Positions 38,440 through 48,680 of a stretch of 64,000 nt of DNA are shown here, piece after piece. A model generated the notes under the pieces. The model was not told where the DNA came from. It did not search any database and worked only from the letters and a program-made list of their open reading frames with translations. How positions within the stretch are numbered: the first letter of the stretch is position 1; every line of letters starts with the position of its first letter. Origin of the DNA: Chloroflexota bacterium. Its GTDB lineage: Bacteria; Chloroflexota; UBA11872; VXOZ01. Both the position numbers and the translations under genes were made by a program. The DNA lies in NCBI GenBank assembly GCA_963662335.2, contig CAXXVD010000003.1, forward strand, positions 384,001 through 448,000. The letters run 5' to 3'.

Positions 38440-40377
38440 CTAAACAGCCATCTGCTTCAAGTCGTTCTCGATTCGATCAAACGCCTGCTCGAACAGGTCA
38501 TGCGCTGACATTTGGACCTCGGACAAAGTCGTCCATTCAGTCATGCGCTCTAGGTGCATTTTGGTCGCTCCGCACTGGCCAGCCAACTCGCGCAACAACT
38601 GTGAGGTGTTGATGTTAGCGGTCATCATGAGATGAAATCCACGCTCGACAAACAGCGCAAACATCTTGCCAGCCCTGCTCTCGTAAGCAATGTCTAAAGA
38701 GCCTTCCGGAGTGTCAATTAGCAAGGTCCCTGTACCCTCAGAAGCAATGAATGTTGCAATTGCCATACGAAGGGCGATGTCTACGAAGAATCTCTGGCTT
38801 TCAGATAATTGATATTGTTGTCTTCGGGACTGACCTTCAATGGAGAGAACGAGAAAAACCTCAGTTCCGCGAACATCGAACCGCACATCTATATCTAATC
38901 CAATGAAACTTTCCGCAAGATCCTTGAATATTCCCAAGAATTCATCCTCCGCTTCCGCGTACTTTTGTGAAACCCGTTTCTGTATATCCTTTAGTCTGTC
39001 CATATCTAAGTTGCGCTTACGACGAGCGGCGTTTTTCCTTTCGTTTAGTTCTCGGATGACGCGTTCGTAAGCTTGAATGGACAGACCTATTTCTTTGACA
39101 TCAGTAGTGCCTATCGACTTGGACAGTTCTCGGTGTTCCCTTTCAAAGGACGAAATCCGCCTTTGTTGTTCGGCTATAGATGCCTGAACTCGGTCGACTT
39201 CCACTTGCAAGCGGCTCTGTTTGCATACTTCTTCCTGAATTCTTGTGTTGACCTCTGAGAGTTGCTCGTCTAATTCGACTATTTCCTCCATAGCGTCTGT
39301 TGCCGACGATTCTGTTGGAAGATCAACACCACATAGAGGGCATGCAACTTCAGAAACCCTAAGCTTGATCCCATTTATCACATTGCTGCCGGTTGCTCCG
39401 CATAGGTGACATGAACCAGACGATAGGGAGTCCGAAACGATTGGACGGGCGTTCAGATTCGAGGTCCTAGCCGCCCGCTGGGAAAACACGTCATCGATTC
39501 TTCCCTTGAGTTGCAGCGCCTCCGACCGTAGCTCCGAAGACCTTAGTTTCGAGTCGGCCAGTGTTGATAGTGCTTCAGACTCCCTTCCACATAATTCATC
39601 CAACCTGCTGTCGAGTTCCTCTTGCTCCTCCCGCAGATCCATGACCTCGGGGCTGAGCCCCTTTAGGACACGAAGAGCTGCTTGGAGCCTTTTTCTTGTC
39701 TCATTGGCTTGGTAGTTGGCGTTCCGCGCATTCGATTCTAAGCGCTCGATTCTCCTCCTGAGTTCCTCGGCCACCTGTGCCTCGCCTACATCATCGCCGA
39801 ATGCTAAGAGCAGCATCTGTCGTTGTACCTGAGGCTCCCAGAAGGTTAGATTCCGCTGTTCATCGAAAGTAAATATGAATAGTTGCAGGAAAAGGAACTG
39901 CTCAAAACTGGATACTCCGACTGACTTAACTATGTGTGATTTGTACTGATCACTCACAGCAGTGGGGTTTCCCGATAATTCTTGGCCGTTTACTGAAGCA
40001 TATCTTAGCTGGTCAGGTTCGAAGGCTCCTCTGATGATATGGTATCGGTCGTCTCTAATCGTGAATTCAACTTCAATTTCCGCATCGCTCCTATCCAACT
40101 CAGCAACTCTACCTTCAAAGAACGACAAACTGAAGTCCCTAACATTCTGGAAGTACTCATCAGAGGACAAGAACCTCTCGCCTGGTTCGGGTAACCGCCC
40201 GCAGATTCCAAAGTTGACAGCTGCAATAAATGTAGTCTTGCCTATCCCATTGGCGCCAACCAAACAAAATACGCCGTTCGAGATTTCCAGTTCAATCTTA
40301 GCCCTCTCTGTGTAAAGGGAGAAGGCAGTGAGACTTACTCGATGAAGCACTGGTAATCCGAACTTTGTGATTGTCAT
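38440..40377 (-). CDS. SMC/Rad50/DndD-like coiled-coil ABC ATPase with a Zn-hook-like centre
   Basis: Walker A GANGIGKT, FDEQ, coiled coils around CHLC and CPLC, signature LSESQ, Walker B LLIDTPEGSLD. Confidence 0.9.
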   Translation of the reverse strand: MTITKFGLPVLHRVSLTAFSLYTERAKIELEISNGVFCLVGANGIGKTTFIAAVNFGICGRLPEPGERFLSSDEYFQNVRDFSLSFFEGRVAELDRSDAEIEVEFTIRDDRYHIIRGAFEPDQLRYASVNGQELSGNPTAVSDQYKSHIVKSVGVSSFEQFLFLQLFIFTFDEQRNLTFWEPQVQRQMLLLAFGDDVGEAQVAEELRRRIERLESNARNANYQANETRKRLQAALRVLKGLSPEVMDLREEQEELDSRLDELCGRESEALSTLADSKLRSSELRSEALQLKGRIDDVFSQRAARTSNLNARPIVSDSLSSGSCHLCGATGSNVINGIKLRVSEVACPLCGVDLPTESSATDAMEEIVELDEQLSEVNTRIQEEVCKQSRLQVEVDRVQASIAEQQRRISSFEREHRELSKSIGTTDVKEIGLSIQAYERVIRELNERKNAARRKRNLDMDRLKDIQKRVSQKYAEAEDEFLGIFKDLAESFIGLDIDVRFDVRGTEVFLVLSIEGQSRRQQYQLSESQRFFVDIALRMAIATFIASEGTGTLLIDTPEGSLDIAYESRAGKMFALFVERGFHLMMTANINTSQLLRELAGQCGATKMHLERMTEWTTLSEVQMSAHDLFEQAFDRIENDLKQMAV

Positions 40378-40648
40378 TCCAACACATCTTTGCCTATGCG
40401 CTACTTAACTCAGGAAGCAGCAGTTCAGAACACGCCGGCAGAACTCCATAGGGATAGGCTAACTCTTAGGCCATTCTAGTGCCACCGCTATAGCCTAGCA
40501 AGTATACCGTCCGGTCAACTTTCAGCTGAGAAATAGGAAACATACCGATCCAAGCAGACAATCATCAAACTGTCAATCTGGCAGAATGATAGGGGCCTTA
40601 CACCCCGGGCAGTCCGATCGAAAAATGTAGTTTTCTTGGATGGTAACG

Positions 40649-41410
40649 CTACCTCGCAGTAAGGCCCCCGTCTATGACCAGTTCCGTGCCGGTGATGAAT
40701 TTGGCGGCGTCGGAGGCGAGGTAGAGGGCGGCTTGGGCGACTTCGTCGGGTTGGCCGAGGCGGCCCATGGGTTGGCGCAGGCGCAGGTTTTCCCTGGCGG
40801 CGGCCGGGTCGGCCTCGATGGCGAGCAGGCGTTGCACCCAGGGGGTTTCCACGGTGCCCGGGCAGACGCAGTTCACGCGGATGTTCTCGGCCACGTACTC
40901 GATGGCGACCTGTTTGGTGAGGGCGATCACCGCGCCTTTGGAGGCGCTGTAGACGGCGCGCTTGGGCAGGCCGACCTGTCCCGCCACAGACGCGGTGTTG
41001 ACGATGATGCCGCCGCCCTGTGCGAGCATGTAGGGCACGGCGTACTTGCAGCCCAGCCAGACGCCGCGCACGTTTACGGCCATCACCCGGTCCCACTCGT
41101 CGGGGGTGACCTCCAGCACGCTGCCCACGTGGCCGATGCCGGCGTTGTTGCAGAGCACGTCGATGCTGCCGAAGGCTTCTACCGTCTCGGCCATCAGGTG
41201 TTCCACGGCGGCGGGGTCGGTGACGTCGGCCACGAACGCGCGCATGGGGCGGCCGATTTCTTCTACCGCCGCCTGCGTTACGGCCAGGCCGTCCGCATCC
41301 ACGTCGGCGCCCATGATGCGCGCGCCCTCACGGGCGAAGAGGGTGGCCATCTCGTAGCCGATGCCGGAACCGGCGCCGGTGATGACCGCGACTTTGTCTG
41401 CCAATTTCAT
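40649..41410 (-). CDS. SDR family oxidoreductase
   Basis: TGAGSGIG, NNAG, YSASK. Confidence 0.92.
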   Translation of the reverse strand: MKLADKVAVITGAGSGIGYEMATLFAREGARIMGADVDADGLAVTQAAVEEIGRPMRAFVADVTDPAAVEHLMAETVEAFGSIDVLCNNAGIGHVGSVLEVTPDEWDRVMAVNVRGVWLGCKYAVPYMLAQGGGIIVNTASVAGQVGLPKRAVYSASKGAVIALTKQVAIEYVAENIRVNCVCPGTVETPWVQRLLAIEADPAAARENLRLRQPMGRLGQPDEVAQAALYLASDAAKFITGTELVIDGGLTAR

Positions 41411-41549
41411 TGCCTATGGTTCCCCTTATGCAAGACGGTAGGTTTCGTGACCACGATTATACTTCACCGGGCGTTGCCAAATCGTCACTGCTCTTCTGCG
41501 ATTGCCGGTGAGTCTAGGCGGCTTGCCCAAAGTGACTTTAGCCGTTCGC

Positions 41550-42230
41550 CGCAAGAGGCAGGGGACAAGCCCAATGGTGTCGCACTAAATAGACCAGCAA
41601 CAGCACTCGCGTCTAGAGTCCCCGGTAGCGCGGGTTTGTAACCTGCGAGGCTGCTAGGTCAATCCTGTGCGTGCCAGTTTCAATAGCTCCGGCGGGGGAC
41701 AAGCCCCCGCGCTACGGCAGGACCCGAAACTGCGGTAGATTGTTCTCCATCCGGGTGCTCGCCCCGTCAGGAACACGCTTCGCGCCAAGAGGCGGGGGAC
41801 AAGCCCAATGGTGTCGCACTAAACAGAACAGCGACAGCACTCGCGTACACAGTCCCCGGTAGCGTAGGTTTGTAACCTGCGAAGCTGCTAGGTCAATCCT
41901 GTGCGTGCCAGTTTCGATAACTCCGGCGGGGGACAAGCCCCCGCGCTACGGCAGGACCCGAAACTGCGGAAGATTGTTCTCCATCCGGATGCTCGCCCCG
42001 TCAGGAACACGCTTCGCGCCAAGAGGCGGGGGACAAGCCCCCGCGCTACGGCAGGACCCGAAACTGCGGTAGATTGTTCTCCATCCGGGTGCTCGCCCCG
42101 TCAGGAACACGCTTCGCGCCAAGAGGCGGGGGACAAGCCCCCGCGCTACGGTAAGACTCGGGATTGCGGGAAATACTTCCTCAACCGGATGTCTACCGCG
42201 TCAGGAACACGATCGCCAGCGCGGCGAAGA
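41550..42230. repeat. Composite tandem array with about 100-bp and 235-bp periods, built from REP-A, REP-B and IS ends
   Basis: REP-A at 41692, 41926, 42026, 42126 with near-identical intervening sequence. Confidence 0.92.
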
Positions 42231-42609
42231 GGATGCCCAGCGCGCGCATGAGCGTCATCTGTTCGCCCAGGAAGAGCACGGCCAGGATGGCCGTCAGCAC
42301 GGGATAGGTGCCGCTGGCGGGCACCACCAGGGAGGCGTCGCCCAGGCGCAGGGCGTTGTAGAAGCCGATGACGGCGCTGGCGGTGAACGCGGTGACGAGC
42401 ACGACGAGCACCCAGACTTGCCACGTGGGCGTAATCGAGATCGAATTGGCACGTTGCACCCACACCAGCGGCAAGAGCATGAAGACGGTGATGACGCTCC
42501 GCACCCAGACGAGATACGGCGCGCCAAAGTAAGGCGCGACCATCTTGCCGAAGAACGAGGCCAAGCCCCACGATACGAACGCTACGCCAATCCAAAACCA
42601 CAGCGCCAT
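42193..42609 (-). CDS. EamA/DMT family small transporter
   Basis: Hydrophobic helices; ALRLGDASLVVP, LFLGEQ. Confidence 0.85.
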   Translation of the reverse strand: MALWFWIGVAFVSWGLASFFGKMVAPYFGAPYLVWVRSVITVFMLLPLVWVQRANSISITPTWQVWVLVVLVTAFTASAVIGFYNALRLGDASLVVPASGTYPVLTAILAVLFLGEQMTLMRALGILFAALAIVFLTR

Positions 42610-42858
42610 GGCGCCTCCTGAATCCTTTGTCTACTCTCGTCTATCGGCTGCGCCGCGGGTAGCGGTCCTGTTCTCAAGAGCCGCAGAGCGCGAGCGCCCG
42701 GCGCGTTTCCGGCGAGCGCGCTCGCTTGCAACTATAGCAAACCTGCCTCTGCGGTGCGGCGCTCCCCGCGAGCGGCGCGCCGCCGGTCTGCCGGATTCTT
42801 CGCTATACTAGGGGCACATTACGGCAGAATCCACGCACAGCCGGAGGCACGCACACCA

Positions 42859-43953
42859 ATGGACCTTACCGTCGGCATACTGGGCACGGGACGCATGGCG
42901 CAACTGCACGGCGCGGCGTTGCGCTCGATTCAAGAACAAGGGTTGGTTGTGGCCGGAGAGCGGCACAGTGTTGCCGTGGCCCTCTACGGGCGTGATCCGG
43001 CAAAGGTCGCGCCCCTCGCTGAAGCCTGCGGCGCGGCCAAGACGAGCAACGACCTGAACGGCTTCATCGACGACCCGGCCATCAACGTCATCGACAATTG
43101 CCTCGTCAACCGCCTGCACTTCGACCCGCTGCTGCGGGCGATTCAAAATGGCAAGCACGTCTACACGGACAAACCGCTCACCAATACCGCCGCGGAAGGC
43201 CGCTACCTGCTGCGCGCGGCGCGGCAGGCCGGCGTGCGACACGGCATCGTGCAGAACATGCGCTTCCAGGGAGGCACGGCTAAAGCCAAGGAAGTCATCG
43301 CCTCCGGCGCGCTGGGCCGCATTTTGCACGCGCGCGTGGTGTTCGGCTATTTCGTGCCGGAGCGCGTTGAGAACCGGCCGGCGTGGTTTTACCAGAAAGC
43401 CGAGGCCGGCGGCGGCATCGTGCACGACATGATGGCCCACTTCTTCGACCTGCTGGGGTGGATGATCGGCCCCATTACGCGCGTTTCGTGCGACATGACA
43501 AACGTCTTTCCGGAGCGGGAAACGGCGGACGGCGCGCGCTTTCCCGCCGAGGTGGAAGACGCGGCCACGGTGCAGATGCGCTTCGCGAACGGCGCGCTGG
43601 GCGACGTGTTCGTCTCCTGGGCGCGGCGCAAGCACGAGGAGGTGCCGTATTTCGAGATCGACGGTGTAGACGGCAGCCTGATATTCAGCTTCAACGACAT
43701 GCGCCAGCAACTCCAGGCCGACACCCCCGGCTTCCGCTACGATCCCACCCAACTCCAGGCCGACCCGATGACCGGCTGGGAACCGGTGACCTTAGAGGGC
43801 GGCGATCCGTTTGAAATCCAACTGCGCGCTTTCTTGGAAGGGATTGTCACGGGCGCGCCCGCCAAGCCCGACTGGGAAGACGGCGTGCGGGCGCTGGAGT
43901 TAGTGGAAGCGGCGTATGAGTCCGCTGAGACCGGCAGACGAGTGCACGTCTAG
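42859..43953 (+). CDS. Gfo/Idh/MocA oxidoreductase
   Basis: GTGRMA, GKHVYTDKP, GGGIVHD. Confidence 0.9.
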   Translation: MDLTVGILGTGRMAQLHGAALRSIQEQGLVVAGERHSVAVALYGRDPAKVAPLAEACGAAKTSNDLNGFIDDPAINVIDNCLVNRLHFDPLLRAIQNGKHVYTDKPLTNTAAEGRYLLRAARQAGVRHGIVQNMRFQGGTAKAKEVIASGALGRILHARVVFGYFVPERVENRPAWFYQKAEAGGGIVHDMMAHFFDLLGWMIGPITRVSCDMTNVFPERETADGARFPAEVEDAATVQMRFANGALGDVFVSWARRKHEEVPYFEIDGVDGSLIFSFNDMRQQLQADTPGFRYDPTQLQADPMTGWEPVTLEGGDPFEIQLRAFLEGIVTGAPAKPDWEDGVRALELVEAAYESAETGRRVHV

Positions 43954-44056
43954 GCTGCCCAGGAGCACGAGCCGGAGTTACGATCCGGCGAGAATCCAGC
44001 AGGCGCCACAAAATCTGACAACAACGGAGTTGGCCAGTGGACTCTAGGAGTCAGCG

Positions 44057-44362
44057 ATGGCAAAGACGCAGACAAGACCGTGGGACCCGGCGGAGCACCT
44101 CGAAACCGAGGAGGACATGGCGGCGTACCTGAACGTCGCCCTGGCGGAGGGCGACCTGAGCCTCATCATGGCGGCCCTTGGAGACATCGCACGCGCCAAG
44201 AGAATTGCGGTGGTGGCGGAGGAGACGGGGTTGGGCAGGGAGAGTCTCTACAAGTCTCTGTCAGCCGATGGCAAGCCGGAGTTCGCCACCGTGCTGAAGG
44301 TGATGCGCGCTCTGGGACTAAGACTTCAGGCCGCAGTAGAACCTGGAGTATCCAGCGAATGA
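44057..44362 (+). CDS. Putative addiction module antidote (HI1420-like HTH), orphan
   Basis: WDPAEHL, ALGDIAR, TGLGRESLYKSLS, PEFATVLKV. Confidence 0.88.
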   Translation: MAKTQTRPWDPAEHLETEEDMAAYLNVALAEGDLSLIMAALGDIARAKRIAVVAEETGLGRESLYKSLSADGKPEFATVLKVMRALGLRLQAAVEPGVSSE

Positions 44363-44560
44363 GCGACGCACTCTGGTAATGCTCAGTTGATCAGCACTTT
44401 GGCTAACTCTCTGTGTTGTTGCCGCAATTGGCCCGTTCTTGCTGAGTGCTGCGCAAAGCCCCTCTCGAAGCACAGTGATCCGCCGGGCTACTGATCCTTA
44501 TCTGGTTGACTCTGGGGTCTTGAAGCCGCCCCAGCCACCAAGCGCGCGCAAGGAGACGTC

Positions 44561-46189
44561 ATGGCCACTGCCGACCGCGCATCCCGCGCTCCCAGGTACA
44601 CCTTTGCCGACACCCTCGACGAGCAGGAAGCCCAGCTCCGCGACAACCCGCTGGTGCGGCGGATGACCGCATCACGCCAGGCGCTGGCGGATGACCCCCA
44701 CCGCCCGCTGTACCACTTCGTCAGTCCCGAGAGCAGGCTGAACGACCCCAACGGGCTCTGCTTCTGGCAGGGACGCTGGCATCTCTTCTACCAGGGCTTT
44801 CCACCGGAAGATCCCCGGCCCCACTGGGGGCACGCGGTCAGCGAAGACCTCATCCACTGGCGCGACTTGCCGTATGCCATCAATCCCGACCCGGAGGAGA
44901 GTTGCTACTCCGGCAGCACCCTCGTCGAGGACGACCGGGTCATAGCCATCTACTACGGGACGCAGGTTGGCAACATGGTCGCCATCTCCAGCGACCCGCT
45001 GCTCCTCAACTGGGAGAAGGTTACGGGTCGGGCGGTCATCCCCATTCCGGATGACGACGGCTCGCCCAGGCAGTTCACGGTCTACGACCCCTGTATCTGG
45101 CAGCGCGACGGCGTCTACTACTCCCTCTCCGGCGGCGCGGTGACCGACGGCCCCGGCGGCCGGCGCATTGCCGCCGACTTCCTATTCCGCTCGCGGGATC
45201 TGGAGACCTGGGAGTACCTGCACCCCCTCACCGAGGATGACCGGTACACGCTGGTGGGCGACGACGGCGCCTGCCCCTACTTCTGGCCCATCGGCGACCG
45301 CCACATGCTCCTCTTCTTTAGCCACATGAGCGGCGGCCAGTACCTGCTCGGCGACTACGACGCGGACCGCGACAAGCTGGTTGTCACCTCCCACGGTCTT
45401 TTCAACTTCGGTCCAGCAGTCCCGTCAGCTGTCCACGCTCCATCTGCAATGCCCGACGGACAGGGCGGTATCATCGTCCTATTCAACATGAACGCTGGGT
45501 TCCCGTCCCCGGGCTGGGATCAGATAATGACGCTCCCCAGGCGTCTTACCCTGGCGGGTGACGACGACGTGCGGGTCGAGCCCGCCGGCGACATCGAGTC
45601 TCTCAGGTATGACCACCGGCATGTTGGGCCGACGGAACTCCCCGCCAACGAGGAAGTGGTGCTGTCAGGCATCGAGGGCAGCGCGCTGGAATTGGCGCTG
45701 GAGCTCGACCCCGGCGCGGCGCCAATGGTCGAACTGAACATCCTCCGGTCACCGGGCCGGGAGGAGTACACACGCATCGCATTCTACAAGGACCGCGGCT
45801 TCAGGGTACAGAACCCATCCGTCCGCCCCGGTGCGGTCCACCACAACGGCCAAGTCGCCATTGGCGGCTACAAGAGCCCGTGGCCCGCGAGCCGCCACGA
45901 AAGCCTCCTGACCCTCGACTCTTCCTACGCGTCAACCCTGCCGGGCGCCCTCTCCCGCGCTCCCGAGACGGCCCCTCTCCTGCTAGACCCGGACGAGCCA
46001 ATCCGGCTCCGGGTATTCGTCGACCGCAGCGTGGTTGAGGTGTTTGCCAACGGCAAGCAGTGCGTCGCCGTCCGCGTCTATCCCGGACGGGGCGATAGCA
46101 CCGGCGTCTCCCTGCGCGCCCAGGGCAGCCCCGCCCAACTCCGCTCCCTCGACGCCTGGCAGATGCGGAGCATTTACACGCAGCATTGA
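44561..46189 (+). CDS. Glycoside hydrolase family 32 with atypical catalytic motifs
   Basis: LNDPNG, HWGHAVSEDL, SGS, YDP, ACP, C-terminal FVDRSVVEVF. Confidence 0.88.
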   Translation: MATADRASRAPRYTFADTLDEQEAQLRDNPLVRRMTASRQALADDPHRPLYHFVSPESRLNDPNGLCFWQGRWHLFYQGFPPEDPRPHWGHAVSEDLIHWRDLPYAINPDPEESCYSGSTLVEDDRVIAIYYGTQVGNMVAISSDPLLLNWEKVTGRAVIPIPDDDGSPRQFTVYDPCIWQRDGVYYSLSGGAVTDGPGGRRIAADFLFRSRDLETWEYLHPLTEDDRYTLVGDDGACPYFWPIGDRHMLLFFSHMSGGQYLLGDYDADRDKLVVTSHGLFNFGPAVPSAVHAPSAMPDGQGGIIVLFNMNAGFPSPGWDQIMTLPRRLTLAGDDDVRVEPAGDIESLRYDHRHVGPTELPANEEVVLSGIEGSALELALELDPGAAPMVELNILRSPGREEYTRIAFYKDRGFRVQNPSVRPGAVHHNGQVAIGGYKSPWPASRHESLLTLDSSYASTLPGALSRAPETAPLLLDPDEPIRLRVFVDRSVVEVFANGKQCVAVRVYPGRGDSTGVSLRAQGSPAQLRSLDAWQMRSIYTQH

Positions 46190-46336
46190 GGCGGCCCATC
46201 TCGGCGAGGTCGTCGCTCGGCGAGGTCGTCGCTCGGCGAAGTCGTCGTTTGCGGCTTGCCAAGCGCTGTTACCCGTCTTAGTCGGAATTTTCCAGTTCCC
46301 AGCAAGCACGCACGGAGCGCCACTGGGAACACGTAA

Positions 46337-47191
46337 CTAGTCCTGAGTCACCTTCTGCCAGTCCGCGCTGGGTTCCAGGCCGCCGACGTTGGTGATCTGC
46401 TGGCTGAGCCGGTAGACCGTGTGGTTGCCGATGCGGGCCTGGAGCGGGTTTTCGCCCTGGAGCCAGATGGGCCACACCTTGTGCAGGTTGCCGCCGAGTT
46501 GGATGCTGTCGCCGGCGGCGATTTGGTAGACCAGGCCGCGCCGGGGCGTGTCGCTGTGGTTCGGATACGAGGCGTGCAACATGCAGCAGTGGTGGATGGT
46601 CATCGAACCGGCCGGCACCACCAGATCGACCACGTTGCCGCGCGCCACGTCGTCCTCGTACTCGCGGGGTTCGGTGCAGCGGCCGGTGAACCTGCCGCTC
46701 TCAGCGTCGTAGTGGTCGACCGGCCCGCGCAAATGGCTGCCGGGAATCATCCTCATGCAGCCGTTCTCGGGCACGGCGTCATCCAGCAGGAACATGCACG
46801 CCAGCAGGTCGTAGTTGGTGTGGGGGAAGAAGGGGAAATCCTGGTGCCAGCCCACCTCGCCCTTGCCCTTGGCCGGCGGCTTCCAGTTGAGCTTGCAATG
46901 TTGCAAGCGCAGATTCTCGCCAATGAGTTGTGTGACCGCGCCCAGCATCACCGGATGGCGCGCGGCCTGCATGAAAGCGTCGTCGAAGAGCGCCACGTTT
47001 TGGATGACGGCCAAACGGTCGTCGCCGGCCAGGCGCGCGCGCTCATCGCGCAGCCGTTCGGAGGCAACTTGCAGCCCCTTTAATTCAGCCGCCGACAGCA
47101 CGTTTTCCAGGATGAGATAGCCGTGCCGCCGGTAGAAGGCTACCTGGTCAGGGCTAAGGATCTTCTGCTGGGTGGCGGGAGACGTCGCCAT
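46337..47191 (-). CDS. PhyH family dioxygenase, paralog 3
   Basis: WHQD, ENGCM..PGSH, HAS, RR; AAGGAG RBS. Confidence 0.9.
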   Translation of the reverse strand: MATSPATQQKILSPDQVAFYRRHGYLILENVLSAAELKGLQVASERLRDERARLAGDDRLAVIQNVALFDDAFMQAARHPVMLGAVTQLIGENLRLQHCKLNWKPPAKGKGEVGWHQDFPFFPHTNYDLLACMFLLDDAVPENGCMRMIPGSHLRGPVDHYDAESGRFTGRCTEPREYEDDVARGNVVDLVVPAGSMTIHHCCMLHASYPNHSDTPRRGLVYQIAAGDSIQLGGNLHKVWPIWLQGENPLQARIGNHTVYRLSQQITNVGGLEPSADWQKVTQD

Positions 47192-47411
47192 GGGTTGTTT
47201 GCTCCTTGCTTTGTGCGCCGAGTACACGTGGCGTCTTTGGCGCCATTAGCGCTTGGTGGCTTAAACACTGTATCACGTACCAGGCGCGTTCTCTCGCGTC
47301 GTGCAGGGACAGCGGATGATTCTCCGGCTATCTGCCCGCGGTTAGTCTAGCTCGCACGCGGCAATCGGGAAATCAACCGGCACGGCAAGGCTTGGACGGC
47401 AGCGCAAGGGC

Positions 47412-47781
47412 GGTGGGGGCAAGCTCAATGGTATCGCATTAACGTAGCGCGGGGGCTTGTCCCCCGCCATTATGCGAGGCGCGGAGGGCGATCGCCGAGA
47501 GATTCCCGCCAGCAGACGACGCCAACCTCTTTACCCTACCATGACGCAGGTTGCAAACCCGCGCTACCAGAGAAATCAGGCACGGTGCAGTTCCCCATAG
47601 CGTCCAAGGCGACAGCATTAGCGACAAGCCTCCGCGCTGCGCCTTTGCTGTTGTTTTGCTCGGCAAACCGGCGCACGAGCGGGACAACCATCTTAGATTC
47701 CTCGCTGCGCTCGGAATGACTCACTCAGGGCTGCGCTCGGAGTGACACACTCAGGGCCGCGCTCGGAATGACAGATTCAGG
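47412..47781. repeat. Mosaic REP cluster ending in a 3 x 26-bp tandem array
   Basis: IS-end scar 47426-47442, REP-A 47444-47467, REP-B 47545-47568, GCTGCGCTCGGAATGACTCACTCAGG-like unit three times at 47704-47781. Confidence 0.85.
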
Positions 47782-47790
47782 CAATACGGT

Positions 47791-48621
47791 CTACGAATGG
47801 CTCGGTTCCAGGCCGCCGGCGTTGGTGAGCGGCTTACTGAGGCGATACACCGTACCGTCCTCCATGCGGGCGCGCAGTGGGTCCTCGCCTTGGAGCCAGA
47901 TTGGCCAGACCTTGTAGAGTTGGCCGCCGAGTTGGACGCTGTCACCGGCGGCAATCTGGTAGATGAGGCCGCGCCGGGGCGTATCGCTGTTGTTCGGGTA
48001 GGATGAATGCACGATGCAGCAGTGGTGGATCGTAATCGAACCGGCCGGCGCGATGAGGTCGACCACGTTGCCGCGCGCCAAGTCTTCTACGTAATCAGCC
48101 GGATCGGTGCAATGTCTCGCGAATGTGCCGTCCGCAGTGAAGTGGTCGATCGGCCCGCGCAGGTGACTGCCGGGAATCACCCGCATGCAGCCGTTCTCCG
48201 GGACGGAGTCGTCCAGCAGAATCATGCAGGCGAGCACGTCGTAGTTCGTGTGGGGCAGAAAGGGAAAGTCCTGGTGCCAGTCCACCTCGCCGGTGCCCTT
48301 GGTCGGCGGCTTCCAGTTGAGCTTGCAGTGCTGCAGGCGGAGGTTCTCGCCGATGAGTTGCGTGACCGCCGCTAGCATCACGGGGTGGCGCGCGGCGCGC
48401 ATGAAGGCGTCGTCGAGCAGCGCAAAGTCCATGATGGCGGCGATCTTGTCGTCACCCGCGATGCGGGCGCGCTCCTCGCGCAGCCCCGCGGTCGCCGCTT
48501 GCAGTTCCTGTAGTTCCGCCGCCGACAGGACATTCTCGAGGATGAGGTAGCCGTGCCGCTGATAGAAGGCGACCTGGTCGTCGCTGAGGACGTGCTGCCG
48601 GATTGTGGGAGAGGTGGACAT
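47791..48621 (-). CDS. PhyH family dioxygenase, paralog 4 (tandem duplicate of paralog 3)
   Basis: Colinear with and highly similar to 46337-47191. Confidence 0.9.
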   Translation of the reverse strand: MSTSPTIRQHVLSDDQVAFYQRHGYLILENVLSAAELQELQAATAGLREERARIAGDDKIAAIMDFALLDDAFMRAARHPVMLAAVTQLIGENLRLQHCKLNWKPPTKGTGEVDWHQDFPFLPHTNYDVLACMILLDDSVPENGCMRVIPGSHLRGPIDHFTADGTFARHCTDPADYVEDLARGNVVDLIAPAGSITIHHCCIVHSSYPNNSDTPRRGLIYQIAAGDSVQLGGQLYKVWPIWLQGEDPLRARMEDGTVYRLSKPLTNAGGLEPSHS

Positions 48622-48680
48622 CGGGCGCTAACTCGTCAATGCACGTGCGGGCAGGCGCCGCAAGACGCAACGCGCCGCGT

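Noticed and set aside
38440-40377. Dnd phosphorothioation, Wadjet or SbcCD assignment for the ATPase
   Set aside because: No DndA/B/C/E, JetA/B/D or SbcD phosphoesterase neighbours; the partners are a wHTH protein, a nuclease and an MTase.
41550-42230. Possible CRISPR array (24-bp palindromic repeat at regular spacing)
   Set aside because: Intervening sequences are near-identical copies of about 76 bp rather than unique spacers, the repeat is a dispersed REP, and there are no cas genes.
46200-46247. Three 16-bp tandem units (CTCGGCGAGGTCGTCG)
   Set aside because: Short slippage repeat between convergent genes with no evidence of function.
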